Shown in pieces: positions 1-10,935 of a DNA stretch of 64,000 bases; position 1 is the first letter of the stretch, and each line of letters begins with the position of its first letter. The notes beneath the pieces were generated by a model, which was not told the origin of the DNA, searched no databases, and worked only from the letters and a program-made list of their open reading frames with translations. Source of the DNA: Escherichia phage vB_EcoM-BECP11. A program made the position numbers and the translations under genes. The stretch lies in sequence record MW286157.1; one strand, 5' to 3'.

Positions 1-1103
1 TAACTTTGGTTTATGCTAAAGATAAATCATTTACCCGTAATTGCGCGCATGATTATAAATCATTTTCAATTCCGGTTTTATTGGCAAAAGAATACGATAA
101 AACACTTAAGCTGGTAAATGATTGTGATATTCTAATTATCAATTCAGTTCCTGCTACTTCAGTCGAAGAAGACACTATTAATAACTATAAAAAAATTATT
201 GATAACATTAAACCTTCGGTTCGTGTTGTAGTTTATCAACATGACCATTCTTCTCTTTCTTTGCGCCGAAATTTGGGATTAGAAGAAACTGTTCGTCGAG
301 CTGATGTTATTTTTAGTCATTCTGATAATGGTGATTTTAATAAAGTTCTGATGAAAGAATGGTATCCAGAAACTGTTTCTTTGTTTGATGATATTGAAGA
401 AGCACCGACTGTATACAACTTTCAGCCTCCTATGGATATTGCGAAGGTTCGATCAACCTACTGGAAAGATGTTTCTGAAATTAACATGAATGTCAACCGT
501 TGGATTGGTCGTACGACTACATGGAAAGGTTTTTATCAGATGTTTGATTTTCACGAAAAACATCTTAAACCTGCTGGGCTAAGTACTATTATGGAAGGTC
601 TGGAACGTTCTCCAGCGTTCATTCCTATTAAAGAAAAAGGAATTCCATACGAATATTATCGTCTTCATCAAGTAGACCAAATTAAAATTGCTCCTAATTT
701 GCCGACGCAAATTCTCGACCGTTATGTAAATAGCGAAATGCTTGAACGCATGAGTAAATCCGGATTTGGTTATCAGCTGAGTAAGTTGGATAAAAAATAT
801 CTACAACGTTCTTTAGAATATACTCATCTCGAGCTTGGTGCATGTGGAACAATTCCGGTATTTTGGAAATCTACTGGCGAAAATTTAAAATTCCGTGTTG
901 ATAATACTCCATTAATTTCTCATGATAGCGGTATCGTTTGGTTTGATGAAAATGACATGGAATCAACATTTGAACGTATTAAAGAACTGTCATCTGACCG
1001 AACTCTTTATGACCGTGAACGCGAAAAAGCTTATGAATTTTTGTATCAGCATCAAGATTCAAGCTTCTGCTTTAAAGAACAGTTTGACATTATTACAAAA
1101 TAA
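1..1103 (+). CDS. a-gt: alpha-glucosyltransferase, 5' end cut by window edge
   Basis: Frame open from position 3 to stop at 1101-1103; translation VYAKDKSFTR...EQFDIITK matches recalled T4 alpha-gt C-terminal region almost residue for residue. Confidence 0.9.
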   Translation, partial: TLVYAKDKSFTRNCAHDYKSFSIPVLLAKEYDKTLKLVNDCDILIINSVPATSVEEDTINNYKKIIDNIKPSVRVVVYQHDHSSLSLRRNLGLEETVRRADVIFSHSDNGDFNKVLMKEWYPETVSLFDDIEEAPTVYNFQPPMDIAKVRSTYWKDVSEINMNVNRWIGRTTTWKGFYQMFDFHEKHLKPAGLSTIMEGLERSPAFIPIKEKGIPYEYYRLHQVDQIKIAPNLPTQILDRYVNSEMLERMSKSGFGYQLSKLDKKYLQRSLEYTHLELGACGTIPVFWKSTGENLKFRVDNTPLISHDSGIVWFDENDMESTFERIKELSSDRTLYDREREKAYEFLYQHQDSSFCFKEQFDIITK

Positions 1104-1125
1104 AGGGCTTCGGCCCTTTAGCTTT
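1103..1125 (+). terminator. hairpin aagggc-ttcg-gccctt followed by U-rich tract
   Basis: GC stem with TTCG loop directly after a-gt stop. Confidence 0.55.
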
Positions 1126-1142
1126 ATACGGAGTTTGATATA

Positions 1143-1283
1143 ATGATATTTCTTGGATATGTGATACTTTTTCTCGCGTTTTATCTATTCACTAGAGCAT
1201 GCTGGATTGGGTTCTTTAGCACTCCAGATGGATTTATTTCAATAATTTTATTTTGCATTTCAATGACGGTTCTTGATATATGA
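1143..1283 (+). CDS. 46 aa hydrophobic peptide (47.1-like)
   Basis: ATG at 1143 overlapping a-gt stop region; stop TGA 1281-1283 overlaps gene 47 ATG (ATGA coupling); predicted membrane peptide. Confidence 0.4.
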   Translation: MIFLGYVILFLAFYLFTRACWIGFFSTPDGFISIILFCISMTVLDI

Positions 1284-2299
1284 AAATTTTAAATTTAGGT
1301 GATTGGCATTTAGGTGTTAAAGCCGACGATGAATGGGTTCAATCCATTCAGTTGGATGGAATTAAACAAGCAATAGAATATTCTAAGAAAAATGGAATTA
1401 CTACATGGATTCAATATGGCGATATTTTTGATGTGCGAAAAGCAATCACACATAAAACTATGGAGTTCGCCCGTGAAATAGTTCAAATGCTTGATGATGC
1501 TGGTATTACCCTACATACTGTCGTAGGAAACCATGATATGCACTTTAAAAATACTTTAACTCCAAATGCTTCTACTGAGCTTTTGGCTAAATATCCTAAT
1601 GTTAAAGTATATGATAAGCCTACTACAGTAGATTTTGACGGATGTTTGATTGATTTAATTCCTTGGATGTGCGAAGAAAATACTGGTGAAATTCTTGAAC
1701 ACATCAAAACTTCATCTGCTTCTTTTTGTGTTGGTCACTGGGAACTGAATGGATATTATTTTTATAAAGGAATGAAATCTCACGGTCTTGAACCTGATTT
1801 CCTTAAGACTTATAAAGAGGTGTGGTCTGGTCACTTCCATACTATCTCTGAGGCTGCTAATGTCAGATATATTGGGACACCATGGACACTAACTGCTGGT
1901 GACGAGAATGACCCTCGCGGGTTCTGGATGTTTGATACAGAAACAGAACGAATGGAATTTATTCCAAACAACACTACCTGGCATCGTCGAATTCAGTATC
2001 CATTTAAGGGAAAAATTGACTATAAAGATTTTACAAATCTATCAGTACGTGTTATAGTAACTGAAGTAGACAAAAATCTAACGAAGTTCGAATCTGAACT
2101 AGAAAAAGTTGTGCATTCATTACGAGTTGTGTCAAAGATTGATAACTCTGTCGAGTCAGATGATAGTGAAGAAGTTGAAGTTCAATCACTTCAGACGTTA
2201 ATGGAAGAATACATTAATGCAATTCCAGACATCACTGATTCTGATCGCGAAGCACTTATTCAATATGCAAACCAGTTATATGTAGAGGCAACACAATGA
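1280..2299 (+). CDS. 47: recombination nuclease subunit gp47 (Mre11-like)
   Basis: 339 aa; N-terminal MKILNLGDWHLG and GNHD phosphoesterase motifs; position between a-gt and 46. Confidence 0.9.
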   Translation: MKILNLGDWHLGVKADDEWVQSIQLDGIKQAIEYSKKNGITTWIQYGDIFDVRKAITHKTMEFAREIVQMLDDAGITLHTVVGNHDMHFKNTLTPNASTELLAKYPNVKVYDKPTTVDFDGCLIDLIPWMCEENTGEILEHIKTSSASFCVGHWELNGYYFYKGMKSHGLEPDFLKTYKEVWSGHFHTISEAANVRYIGTPWTLTAGDENDPRGFWMFDTETERMEFIPNNTTWHRRIQYPFKGKIDYKDFTNLSVRVIVTEVDKNLTKFESELEKVVHSLRVVSKIDNSVESDDSEEVEVQSLQTLMEEYINAIPDITDSDREALIQYANQLYVEATQ

Positions 2300-2559
2300 C
2301 TTTTGATGAATTTAAAAATGTTATGATGAGTCAGCATTTTGAATGCGAAGTAAAAGATGATATTGGGCATAAAGAAATTATTGAATATTGGTTTGAACCG
2401 CTAGAGGTTGAAGATAATTGTATTAAAAAGGTTACGGTCTGCACTGACTGGGCTGTATCTTTTAACTTCAACATTTTAGATAATGACACACCTAAATCAT
2501 TACAAGATATGGCTGTATCTTGTATTAAGGATGCATACTGTGAAGTTTTCGACATTTGA
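2296..2559 (+). CDS. hypothetical protein, 87 aa
   Basis: ATG 2296 overlaps gene 47 stop (ATGA); acidic small protein between 47 and 46. Confidence 0.5.
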   Translation: MTFDEFKNVMMSQHFECEVKDDIGHKEIIEYWFEPLEVEDNCIKKVTVCTDWAVSFNFNILDNDTPKSLQDMAVSCIKDAYCEVFDI

Positions 2560-2746
2560 CATTAACGATGAATTCGTAGCAAATATTGATTACACCGAAG
2601 AAGATTCTAGATATGTTGGAATAATTTATATCACATCAAAAGCAGCGCAAGGTGTTGTTTGCATGGCTGAATTTGATGAATACTTTTTAGATTATGATGA
2701 TATGATAGAATGGTCTAAAAGATACATTAAAAGGAATCTTTTGTGA
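2531..2746 (+). CDS. hypothetical protein, about 71 aa
   Basis: ATG at 2531 after taagg; stop overlaps gene 46 start; track ORF 2483-2746 probably starts here. Confidence 0.4.
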   Translation: MHTVKFSTFDINDEFVANIDYTEEDSRYVGIIYITSKAAQGVVCMAEFDEYFLDYDDMIEWSKRYIKRNLL

Positions 2747-4425
2747 AGAATTTTAAACTAAACCGAGTTAGGTATCAAAATATAATGTCAGTAGGTGGAA
2801 ATCCTATTGACATTCAACTAGATAAGGTTCAAAAAACTCTTATTACTGGACGAAATGGCGGTGGTAAGTCTACTATGTTAGAAGCCATCACATTTGGGCT
2901 TTTTGGCAAGCCATTTCGTGATGTAAAGAAAGGTCAATTAATAAACAGCACAAATAAGAAAGAACTTTTAGTTGAACTGTGGATGGAATATGATGAGAAA
3001 AAGTACTATATCAAAAGAGGACAAAAACCAAACGTTTTCGAAATCACCGTTAACGGTACACGTCTTAATGAATCTGCCAGCAGTAAAGATTTCCAAGCAG
3101 AATTTGAACAGCTTATCGGAATGTCATATGCCAGTTTCAAACAGATCGTCGTACTCGGCACGGCTGGATATACCCCTTTTATGGGCCTATCCACTCCTGC
3201 AAGAAGAAAACTCGTCGAAGACCTGCTCGAAGTAGGAACATTAGCTGAAATGGATAAGCTTAATAAAGCACTAATACGTGAATTAAATTCACAAAACCAA
3301 GTGCTTGATGTTAAAAAAGATAGTATTATCCAGCAAATTAAAATATATAATGATAACGTTGAACGCCAGAAAAAATTAACTGGTGACAATCTTACTCGTC
3401 TACAGAATATGTATGATGATTTGGCAAAAGAAGCTAGAACGTTAAAATCGGAAATAGAAGAAGCTAATGAAAGATTAGTTAATATTGTTTTGGATGAAGA
3501 CCCGACTGATGCATTTAATAAAATCGGTCAAGAAGCATTTTTAATTAAATCAAAAATTGACTCGTATAATAAAGTCATTAATATGTATCACGAAGGTGGA
3601 TTATGTCCAACCTGTTTGTCACAATTAAGTTCCGGTGATAAAGTTGTTTCTAAAATTAAAGATAAAGTTTCTGAATGCACGCATTCGTTTGAACAGCTTT
3701 CAACACATCGTGATAATTTAAAAGTTCTCGTTGATGAATACCGAGATAATATTAAAACCCAGCAGACGTTGGCGAATGATATTCGCAATAAAAAGCAATC
3801 TCTAATCACGACGGTAGATAAAGCTAAAAAAGTTAAAGCAGCTATAGAAAAAGCATCATCCGAGTTTATTGACCATGCTGATGAAATAGCACTGCTTCAA
3901 GAAGAACTTGATAAAATTGTTAAGACAAAAACTAATTTAGTAATGGAAAAATACCACAGAGGAATTTTGACTGATATGCTCAAAGATTCTGGTATTAAAG
4001 GTGCTATTATTAAAAAGTACATTCCATTATTTAATAAGCAGATTAACCATTATCTTAAAATAATGGAAGCGGATTATGTGTTTACATTAGATGAAGAATT
4101 TAATGAGACAATTAAATCCCGCGGTCGCGAAGATTTTAGTTATGCTTCATTTAGTCAAGGCGAAAAAGCACGAATTGATATTGCTCTTTTATTTACTTGG
4201 CGTGATATTGCTGAAAAAGTTTCAGGTGTTAAAATAAACACGTTAATTCTTGACGAAGTTTTTGATTCAGCAACCGATGTTGAAGGTGTAAAAGCTATTT
4301 CAACTATTTTAGATAGTTTAAAAAATACTAATGTTTTTGTTATTTCACATAGAGACCACGACCCACAAGCATATGGTCAGCATCTTCAAATGAAGAAAGT
4401 TGGTCGATTTACTGTAATGGTTTAA
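2743..4425 (+). CDS. 46: recombination ATPase gp46 (Rad50/SbcC-like)
   Basis: 560 aa; Walker A GRNGGGKST, central coiled coil with CPTC zinc hook, C-terminal LILDEVFD Walker B. Confidence 0.9.
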   Translation: MKNFKLNRVRYQNIMSVGGNPIDIQLDKVQKTLITGRNGGGKSTMLEAITFGLFGKPFRDVKKGQLINSTNKKELLVELWMEYDEKKYYIKRGQKPNVFEITVNGTRLNESASSKDFQAEFEQLIGMSYASFKQIVVLGTAGYTPFMGLSTPARRKLVEDLLEVGTLAEMDKLNKALIRELNSQNQVLDVKKDSIIQQIKIYNDNVERQKKLTGDNLTRLQNMYDDLAKEARTLKSEIEEANERLVNIVLDEDPTDAFNKIGQEAFLIKSKIDSYNKVINMYHEGGLCPTCLSQLSSGDKVVSKIKDKVSECTHSFEQLSTHRDNLKVLVDEYRDNIKTQQTLANDIRNKKQSLITTVDKAKKVKAAIEKASSEFIDHADEIALLQEELDKIVKTKTNLVMEKYHRGILTDMLKDSGIKGAIIKKYIPLFNKQINHYLKIMEADYVFTLDEEFNETIKSRGREDFSYASFSQGEKARIDIALLFTWRDIAEKVSGVKINTLILDEVFDSATDVEGVKAISTILDSLKNTNVFVISHRDHDPQAYGQHLQMKKVGRFTVMV

Positions 4426-4439
4426 TTTATAAGAGATTA

Positions 4440-4463
4440 TGCTTTAATTTATTAGAGTATAAT
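4440..4463 (+). promoter_or_regulatory. middle-type promoter: MotA-box-like TGCTTTA, 11 nt, TATAAT
   Basis: tgcttta at 4440-4446 and tataat at 4458-4463 upstream of 45.2/rpbA/45. Confidence 0.5.
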
Positions 4464-4480
4464 CTCTATGGAGGAAAAAC

Positions 4481-4669
4481 ATGGAATATTCAACTGGACA
4501 GCATCTATTAACTATTCCTGAAATAAAACGATATATTCTGAGAAATAATTTTTCTAATGAAGAGCATATAGTTACTGAATCTATGCTTAAGAATGCATTT
4601 AAAGCAGAATATACGAAAATAATGTCCAACAGAAATGAAGCTTGGACTGTTACTGATTATTATGACTAA
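4481..4669 (+). CDS. 45.2: small protein 45.2
   Basis: 62 aa, ATG with SD ggagga; size and position upstream of rpbA match T4 gp45.2. Confidence 0.6.
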   Translation: MEYSTGQHLLTIPEIKRYILRNNFSNEEHIVTESMLKNAFKAEYTKIMSNRNEAWTVTDYYD

Positions 4670-4678
4670 AGGTGTATT

Positions 4679-5068
4679 ATGACTAAAATTACTGTGAATT
4701 ATACTGTTGATGTAAAAGATATTCAGCCAAAACACGTGCGTTCTGAATCAAATCCACAAAACCAAAATAAAATTCGTCGAGCATGGGTTTTGTCTCTTTC
4801 TGATAACGCGATGGAAGTTATTCAGAACAAAATTAAATCTGCACCTGCTCGTCATGCGTATTATGAAGCTATCGATCGTGAAGTAAGTAATAAATGGATT
4901 GAACTAATGCGCAAACATACGACAGAATCTTTAAATGCTGGTGCTAAATTTATTATGACTTCATGTGGTGAACGCCTTGAAGATGATTATTGCGGTAATG
5001 CAGATGAACGTCTAATTGTTGCTGCTCAAATTGTTGCGGAAACAATTGCTGCCGATTTTAATCGTTAA
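4679..5068 (+). CDS. rpbA: RNA polymerase binding protein RpbA
   Basis: 129 aa immediately upstream of gene 45, as in T4. Confidence 0.65.
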
Positions 5069-5123
5069 TTGCTTTATTAAATTAGTTATAAAATTAAATC
5101 TCATTTGAATTGAAGGAAATTAC

Positions 5124-5810
5124 ATGAAACTGTCTAAAGATACTACTGCTCTGCTTAAAAATTTCGCTACTATTAACTCTGGCATTATGCTTAAATCTGG
5201 TCAATTTATTATGACTCGCGCAGTTAATGGTACAACTTATGCGGAAGCAAATATTTCTGACACCATTGATTTTGATGTAGCAATTTACGATTTGAACGGT
5301 TTTCTCGGTATTCTGTCCCTAGTTAATGACGATGCAGAAATTTCCCAGTCAGAAGATGGAAATATTAAAATTGCTGATGCTCGTTCAACAATTTTTTGGC
5401 CAGCAGCCGATCCGAGTACAGTAGTTGCTCCTAATAAACCAATTCCATTCCCGGTAGCATCTGTTGTTACTGAAATTAAAGCTGAAGACCTTCAACAACT
5501 GTTGCGTGTATCTCGTGGTCTGCAGATTGATACAATTGCTATCACAGTAAAAGAAGGAAAAATCGTAATTAACGGTTTTAATAAAGTAGAAGATTCTGCT
5601 TTGACCCGCGTTAAATATTCTTTGACTCTTGGTGATTATGATGGTGAAAATACATTTAATTTCATTATCAATATGGCAAATATGAAAATGCAACCAGGAA
5701 ATTACAAACTTCTGCTTTGGGCAAAAGGCAAACAAGGCGCTGCTAAATTTGAAGGTGAACACGCGAATTATGTAGTAGCTCTTGAAGCTGATTCTACCCA
5801 CGATTTTTAA
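5124..5810 (+). CDS. 45: sliding clamp gp45
   Basis: 228 aa; MKLSKDTTALLKNFATINSGIMLKSGQFIMTRAV... matches recalled T4 gp45. Confidence 0.95.
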   Translation: MKLSKDTTALLKNFATINSGIMLKSGQFIMTRAVNGTTYAEANISDTIDFDVAIYDLNGFLGILSLVNDDAEISQSEDGNIKIADARSTIFWPAADPSTVVAPNKPIPFPVASVVTEIKAEDLQQLLRVSRGLQIDTIAITVKEGKIVINGFNKVEDSALTRVKYSLTLGDYDGENTFNFIINMANMKMQPGNYKLLLWAKGKQGAAKFEGEHANYVVALEADSTHDF

Positions 5811-5812
5811 TA

Positions 5813-5828
5813 AAGGGCTTCGGCCCTT
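5813..5828 (+). terminator. hairpin aagggcttcggccctt after gene 45 (weak or partial terminator)
   Basis: GC stem with TTCG loop; no strong U-tract. Confidence 0.4.
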
Positions 5829-5859
5829 AAATTTACACTAAAACTTGAATGAGGAAATT

Positions 5860-6819
5860 ATGATTACTGTAAATGAAAAAGAACACATTCTTGAACAGAA
5901 ATATCGTCCATCTACTATCGATGAATGTATTCTTCCCGCCTTTGATAAAGAAACCTTTAAATCTATTACAAGTAAAGGTAAAATTCCACATATTATTCTT
6001 CATTCTCCTTCTCCAGGAACAGGTAAAACAACTGTAGCAAAAGCATTGTGTCATGATGTAAATGCTGATATGATGTTTGTGAATGGATCAGATTGTAAAA
6101 TTGATTTCGTTCGTGGTCCTTTGACTAATTTTGCTAGTGCAGCTTCATTTGATGGTCGTCAAAAAGTAATCGTTATTGATGAATTTGACCGCTCAGGGTT
6201 AGCAGAGTCTCAGCGACATCTTCGTTCCTTTATGGAAGCTTATAGTTCAAACTGTAGTATTATTATTACTGCTAACAACATTGATGGTATTATTAAACCG
6301 CTTCAATCACGCTGCCGAGTTATTACATTCGGTCAACCGACCGATGAAGATAAAATTGAAATGATGAAGCAGATGATTCGTCGATTGACTGAAATCTGCA
6401 AGCATGAAGGAATTGCTATAGCTGATATGAAAGTTGTAGCAGCTTTGGTTAAAAAGAATTTTCCTGATTTTCGTAAAACTATTGGTGAGCTCGATAGTTA
6501 TTCATCTAAAGGTGTTTTGGATGCTGGTATTTTATCACTGGTTACTAACGATCGTGGTGCTATTGATGATGTTCTTGAATCTCTCAAAAATAAAGATGTT
6601 AAACAGCTCAGAGCTTTAGCGCCAAAATATGCGGCTGATTATTCGTGGTTCGTTGGTAAACTTGCCGAAGAAATCTATACACGCGTAACTCCGCAAAGTA
6701 TTATTCGTATGTATGAAATTGTTGGTGAAAATAACCAGTATCATGGAATTGCGGCTAATACGGAATTACATTTAGCATATCTTTTCATTCAATTAGCATG
6801 CGAAATGCAGTGGAAGTGA
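5860..6819 (+). CDS. 44: clamp loader large subunit gp44 (AAA+)
   Basis: 319 aa from ATG 5860 (SD gaggaaa); Walker A GTGKTT; [17 protein letters not shown] start as in T4. Confidence 0.9.
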   Translation: MITVNEKEHILEQKYRPSTIDECILPAFDKETFKSITSKGKIPHIILHSPSPGTGKTTVAKALCHDVNADMMFVNGSDCKIDFVRGPLTNFASAASFDGRQKVIVIDEFDRSGLAESQRHLRSFMEAYSSNCSIIITANNIDGIIKPLQSRCRVITFGQPTDEDKIEMMKQMIRRLTEICKHEGIAIADMKVVAALVKKNFPDFRKTIGELDSYSSKGVLDAGILSLVTNDRGAIDDVLESLKNKDVKQLRALAPKYAADYSWFVGKLAEEIYTRVTPQSIIRMYEIVGENNQYHGIAANTELHLAYLFIQLACEMQWK

Positions 6820-6820
6820 T

Positions 6821-7384
6821 ATGAGCTTATTTGAAGATGATATTCAATTAAACGAGCATCAAGTTGCTTGGTATTCAAAAGATTGGACAGCTGTCCAATC
6901 TGCTGCTGATTCTTTTAAGGAAAAAGCTGAAAATGAATTTTTTGAAATAATTGGAGCTATTAATAATAAAACTAAATGCTCTATTGCTCAAAAAGATTAT
7001 TCAAAATACATGGTTGAGAATGCATTATCACAATTTCCTGAATGCATGCCAGCTGTATATGCGATGAATTTAATTGGATCAGGTTTAAGCGATGAAGCCC
7101 ATTTTAATTATCTGATGGCTGCTGTTCCTCGGGGTAAAAGATATGGTAAATGGGCAAAACTGGTCGAAGATTCTACCGAAGTATTGATTATTAAGTTACT
7201 TGCTAAGCGGTATCAAGTTAATACAAATGATGCAATTAACTATAAATCAATTCTTACTAAAAATGGAAAACTTCCTTTAGTATTAAAAGAACTAAAAGGT
7301 TTAGTCACGGATGATTTTTTGAAAGAAGTGACTAAGAACGTAAAAGAACAGAAACAACTCAAAAAACTAGCATTGGAATGGTAA
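6821..7384 (+). CDS. 62: clamp loader small subunit gp62
   Basis: 187 aa directly after gene 44, coupled start. Confidence 0.8.
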   Translation: MSLFEDDIQLNEHQVAWYSKDWTAVQSAADSFKEKAENEFFEIIGAINNKTKCSIAQKDYSKYMVENALSQFPECMPAVYAMNLIGSGLSDEAHFNYLMAAVPRGKRYGKWAKLVEDSTEVLIIKLLAKRYQVNTNDAINYKSILTKNGKLPLVLKELKGLVTDDFLKEVTKNVKEQKQLKKLALEW

Positions 7385-7385
7385 A

Positions 7386-7754
7386 ATGATTGAAATTACT
7401 CTTAAAAAACCTGAAGATTTTCTGAAAGTAAAAGAAACTTTGACTCGCATGGGAATTGCTAATAATAAAGATAAAGTTCTGTATCAGTCCTGCCACATTC
7501 TCCAGAAAAAAGGACTATACTATATCGTTCATTTTAAAGAAATGCTTCGTATGGATGGCCGTCAGGTTGAAATGACAGAAGAAGATGAAGTTCGTCGTGA
7601 TTCGATTGCGTGGCTGTTAGAAGATTGGGGGCTGATTGAAATCGTTCCTGGTCAAAGAACTTTTATGAAAGATTTAACCAATAACTTCCGAGTTATTTCT
7701 TTTAAACAAAAACATGAATGGAAACTCGTTCCAAAATATACGATTGGTAATTAA
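7386..7754 (+). CDS. regA: translational repressor RegA
   Basis: 122 aa after gene 62 in the 45-44-62-regA operon order. Confidence 0.8.
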   Translation: MIEITLKKPEDFLKVKETLTRMGIANNKDKVLYQSCHILQKKGLYYIVHFKEMLRMDGRQVEMTEEDEVRRDSIAWLLEDWGLIEIVPGQRTFMKDLTNNFRVISFKQKHEWKLVPKYTIGN

Positions 7755-7755
7755 T

Positions 7756-7977
7756 ATGACTGCTATAACCCCGCAAGAATACATGGCGTCTCTTAAAGAA
7801 AAATATAATCTTTCTGCAACAGAAACACTTTTTGATTTACCAGAAAATCTCCAACTAAAATTTCAGGTAGAATTTCAAAAATTAGTTCACCCAGAACAAA
7901 AACACTTTACCGCAGTGGTTAAGTCAATTAATGCAGATGGATTGACAATTTTTCACCGACAAATGGTATTAATTTAA
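7756..7977 (+). CDS. hypothetical protein, 73 aa
   Basis: ATG 7756 two nt after regA stop; followed by hairpin. Confidence 0.45.
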   Translation: MTAITPQEYMASLKEKYNLSATETLFDLPENLQLKFQVEFQKLVHPEQKHFTAVVKSINADGLTIFHRQMVLI

Positions 7978-7980
7978 GCA

Positions 7981-8003
7981 AGGGGCTTCGGCCCCTTATT
8001 TGG
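7981..8003 (+). terminator. hairpin aggggc-ttcg-gcccct
   Basis: GC stem with TTCG loop then tatttgg. Confidence 0.5.
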
Positions 8004-8055
8004 AGTATAATATATCAAGAGCCTAATAACTCGGGCTATAAACTAAGGAATATCT

Positions 8056-10752
8056 ATGAAAGAATTTTATATCTCTATCGAAACAGTCGGAAATAATATT
8101 GTTGAGCGTTATATTGATGAAAACGGAAAGGAACGTACTCGTGAAGTAGAATATCTTCCGACTATGTTTAGGCATTGTAAGGAAGAGTCAAAGTACAAAG
8201 ACATTTACGGTAAAAATTGCGCTCCTCAAAAATTTCCATCAATGAAAGATGCACGAGATTGGATGAAACGAATGGAAGACATCGGTCTCGAAGCTCTCGG
8301 TATGAACGATTTTAAACTCGCTTATATCAGTGATACATATGGTTCAGAAATTGTTTATGACCGAAAATTTGTTCGTGTAGCTAACTGTGACATTGAGGTT
8401 ACTGGTGATAAATTTCCTGACCCAATGAAAGCAGAATATGAAATTGATGCTATCACTCATTATGATTCAATTGACGACCGTTTTTACGTCTTTGATTTGT
8501 TGAATTCAATGTACGGTTCAGTATCAAAATGGGATGCAAAGTTAGCTGCTAAGCTTGACTGTGAAGGTGGTGATGAAGTTCCTCAAGAAATTCTTGACCG
8601 AGTAATTTATATGCCATTTGATAATGAGCGCGATATGCTCATGGAATATATTAATCTCTGGGAACAGAAACGACCTGCTATTTTTACCGGTTGGAATATT
8701 GAGGGATTTGACGTTCCGTATATCATGAATCGTGTTAAAATGGTTCTGGGCGAACGCAGTATGAAACGCTTCTCTCCAATCGGTCGGGTAAAATCTAAAC
8801 TAATTCAAAATATGTACGGTAGCAAAGAAATTTATTCTATTGATGGCGTATCTATTCTTGATTATTTAGATTTATACAAGAAGTTCGCATTTACTAATTT
8901 GCCATCGTTCTCTTTGGAATCAGTTGCTCAACATGAAACCAAAAAAGGTAAATTGCCGTACGATGGTCCTATTAATAAACTTCGTGAGACTAATCATCAA
9001 CGATACATTAGTTATAACATCATTGACGTAGAATCAGTTCAAGCAATTGATAAAATTCGTGGGTTTATCGATCTAGTTTTAAGTATGTCTTATTACGCTA
9101 AAATGCCTTTTTCTGGTGTAATGAGTCCTATTAAAACTTGGGATGCTATTATTTTTAACTCATTGAAAGGTGAACATAAGGTTATTCCTCAACAAGGTTC
9201 GCACGTTAAACAAAGTTTTCCAGGTGCATTTGTGTTTGAACCTAAACCGATTGCTCGTCGATACATTATGAGTTTTGACTTGACGTCTCTGTATCCTAGC
9301 ATTATTCGTCAGGTTAACATTAGTCCTGAGACTATTCGTGGACAGTTTAAAGTTCATCCAATTCATGAATATATCGCAGGAACAGCTCCTAAGCCAAGTG
9401 ATGAATATTCTTGTTCTCCGAATGGATGGATGTATGATAAGCATCAAGAAGGTATCATTCCAAAGGAAATCGCTAAAGTATTTTTCCAGCGTAAAGATTG
9501 GAAAAAGAAAATGTTCGCTGAAGAAATGAATGCCGAAGCTATTAAAAAGATTATTATGAAAGGTGCAGGGTCTTGTTCAACTAAACCAGAAGTTGAACGA
9601 TATGTTAAGTTCAATGATGATTTCTTAAACGAATTATCGAATTACACTGAATCTGTTCTTAATAGTCTGATCGAAGAATGTGAAAAAGCAGCTACACTTG
9701 CTAACACAAATCAGCTGAACCGTAAAATTCTTATTAACAGTCTTTATGGTGCTCTTGGTAATATTCATTTCCGTTACTATGATTTGCGAAATGCTACTGC
9801 TATCACAATTTTCGGCCAAGTTGGTATTCAGTGGATTGCTCGTAAAATTAATGAATATCTGAATAAAGTATGCGGAACTAATGGCGAAGATTTCATTGCA
9901 GCAGGTGATACTGATTCGGTATATGTTTGTGTAGATAAAGTTATTGAAAAAGTTGGTCTTGACCGATTCAAAGAGCAGAACGATTTAGTTGAATTCATGA
10001 ATCAGTTCGGTAAGAAAAAGATGGAACCTATGATTGATGTTGCATATCGTGAGTTATGTGATTATATGAATAACCGCGAGCATCTGATGCATATGGACCG
10101 TGAAGCTATTTCTTGCCCTCCGCTTGGTTCAAAGGGTGTTGGTGGATTTTGGAAAGCGAAAAAACGTTATGCTCTGAACGTTTATGATATGGAAGATAAG
10201 CGATTTGCTGAACCACATCTAAAAATCATGGGTATGGAAACTCAGCAGAGTTCAACACCAAAAGCAGTACAAGAAGCTCTTGAAGAAAGTATTCGTCGTA
10301 TTCTTCAGGAAGGCGAAGAGTCTGTCCAAGAATACTACAAGAACTTTGAGAAAGAATATCGTCAACTTGACTATAAAGTTATTGCTGAAGTAAAAACCGC
10401 GAACGATATAGCGAAATATGACGATAAAGGTTGGCCAGGATTTAAATGTCCGTTCCACATTCGTGGTGTGCTAACTTATCGTCGAGCTGTTAGCGGTTTA
10501 GGTGTAGCTCCAATTTTGGATGGAAATAAAGTAATGGTTCTTCCATTACGTGAAGGAAATCCGTTTGGTGATAAGTGCATTGCTTGGCCGTCGGGTACAG
10601 AACTTCCAAAAGAAATTCGTTCTGACGTACTGTCTTGGATTGACTACTCAACTTTGTTCCAAAAATCGTTTGTTAAACCGCTTGCGGGTATGTGTGAATC
10701 GGCTGGTATGGACTATGAAGAAAAAGCTTCGTTAGACTTCCTGTTTGGCTGA
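8056..10752 (+). CDS. 43: DNA polymerase gp43 (family B, with 3'-5' exonuclease)
   Basis: 898 aa; exonuclease region, motif A NSLYGALG, motif C GDTDSVYV; size equals T4 gp43. Confidence 0.95.
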   Translation: MKEFYISIETVGNNIVERYIDENGKERTREVEYLPTMFRHCKEESKYKDIYGKNCAPQKFPSMKDARDWMKRMEDIGLEALGMNDFKLAYISDTYGSEIVYDRKFVRVANCDIEVTGDKFPDPMKAEYEIDAITHYDSIDDRFYVFDLLNSMYGSVSKWDAKLAAKLDCEGGDEVPQEILDRVIYMPFDNERDMLMEYINLWEQKRPAIFTGWNIEGFDVPYIMNRVKMVLGERSMKRFSPIGRVKSKLIQNMYGSKEIYSIDGVSILDYLDLYKKFAFTNLPSFSLESVAQHETKKGKLPYDGPINKLRETNHQRYISYNIIDVESVQAIDKIRGFIDLVLSMSYYAKMPFSGVMSPIKTWDAIIFNSLKGEHKVIPQQGSHVKQSFPGAFVFEPKPIARRYIMSFDLTSLYPSIIRQVNISPETIRGQFKVHPIHEYIAGTAPKPSDEYSCSPNGWMYDKHQEGIIPKEIAKVFFQRKDWKKKMFAEEMNAEAIKKIIMKGAGSCSTKPEVERYVKFNDDFLNELSNYTESVLNSLIEECEKAATLANTNQLNRKILINSLYGALGNIHFRYYDLRNATAITIFGQVGIQWIARKINEYLNKVCGTNGEDFIAAGDTDSVYVCVDKVIEKVGLDRFKEQNDLVEFMNQFGKKKMEPMIDVAYRELCDYMNNREHLMHMDREAISCPPLGSKGVGGFWKAKKRYALNVYDMEDKRFAEPHLKIMGMETQQSSTPKAVQEALEESIRRILQEGEESVQEYYKNFEKEYRQLDYKVIAEVKTANDIAKYDDKGWPGFKCPFHIRGVLTYRRAVSGLGVAPILDGNKVMVLPLREGNPFGDKCIAWPSGTELPKEIRSDVLSWIDYSTLFQKSFVKPLAGMCESAGMDYEEKASLDFLFG

Positions 10753-10765
10753 TAGAATAAATCTA

Positions 10766-10786
10766 GGGACCTCCGGGTCCCTTTTT
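10766..10786 (+). terminator. rho-independent terminator gggacc-tccg-ggtccc plus T5
   Basis: perfect 6 bp GC stem followed by ttttt after gene 43. Confidence 0.7.
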
Positions 10787-10868
10787 CATACAAGTAATAT
10801 AAATCTATACTTATGAAAAACAGATGATTCTGGACCTTTAGAATTCCCTAAAAAATTTTCACAAAACT

Positions 10869-10898
10869 GTTTACAAGACTGTTCTTCTGTGGTACTAT
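10869..10898 (+). promoter_or_regulatory. T4-type early promoter (-35 GTTTAC, 18 nt spacer, -10 TACTAT) with A/T-rich upstream element
   Basis: gtttac 10869-10874, tggtactat 10890-10898; near-identical copy at 38598-38627. Confidence 0.65.
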
Positions 10899-10935
10899 AC
10901 AACTATCAACTACTGATACAGATTTGGAGAATAAA

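Noticed and set aside
922-1143. 73 aa plus-strand ORF overlapping the 3' end of a-gt in another frame
   Set aside because: Lies entirely inside a well-supported gene; no SD; typical AT-rich frame artefact.
3006-3389. 127 aa minus-strand ORF inside gene 46 (also 1483-1707, 3588-3809, 9160-9447, 16144-16374, 20041-20409 and similar)
   Set aside because: Antisense to strongly supported conserved genes, no RBS, low-complexity translations.
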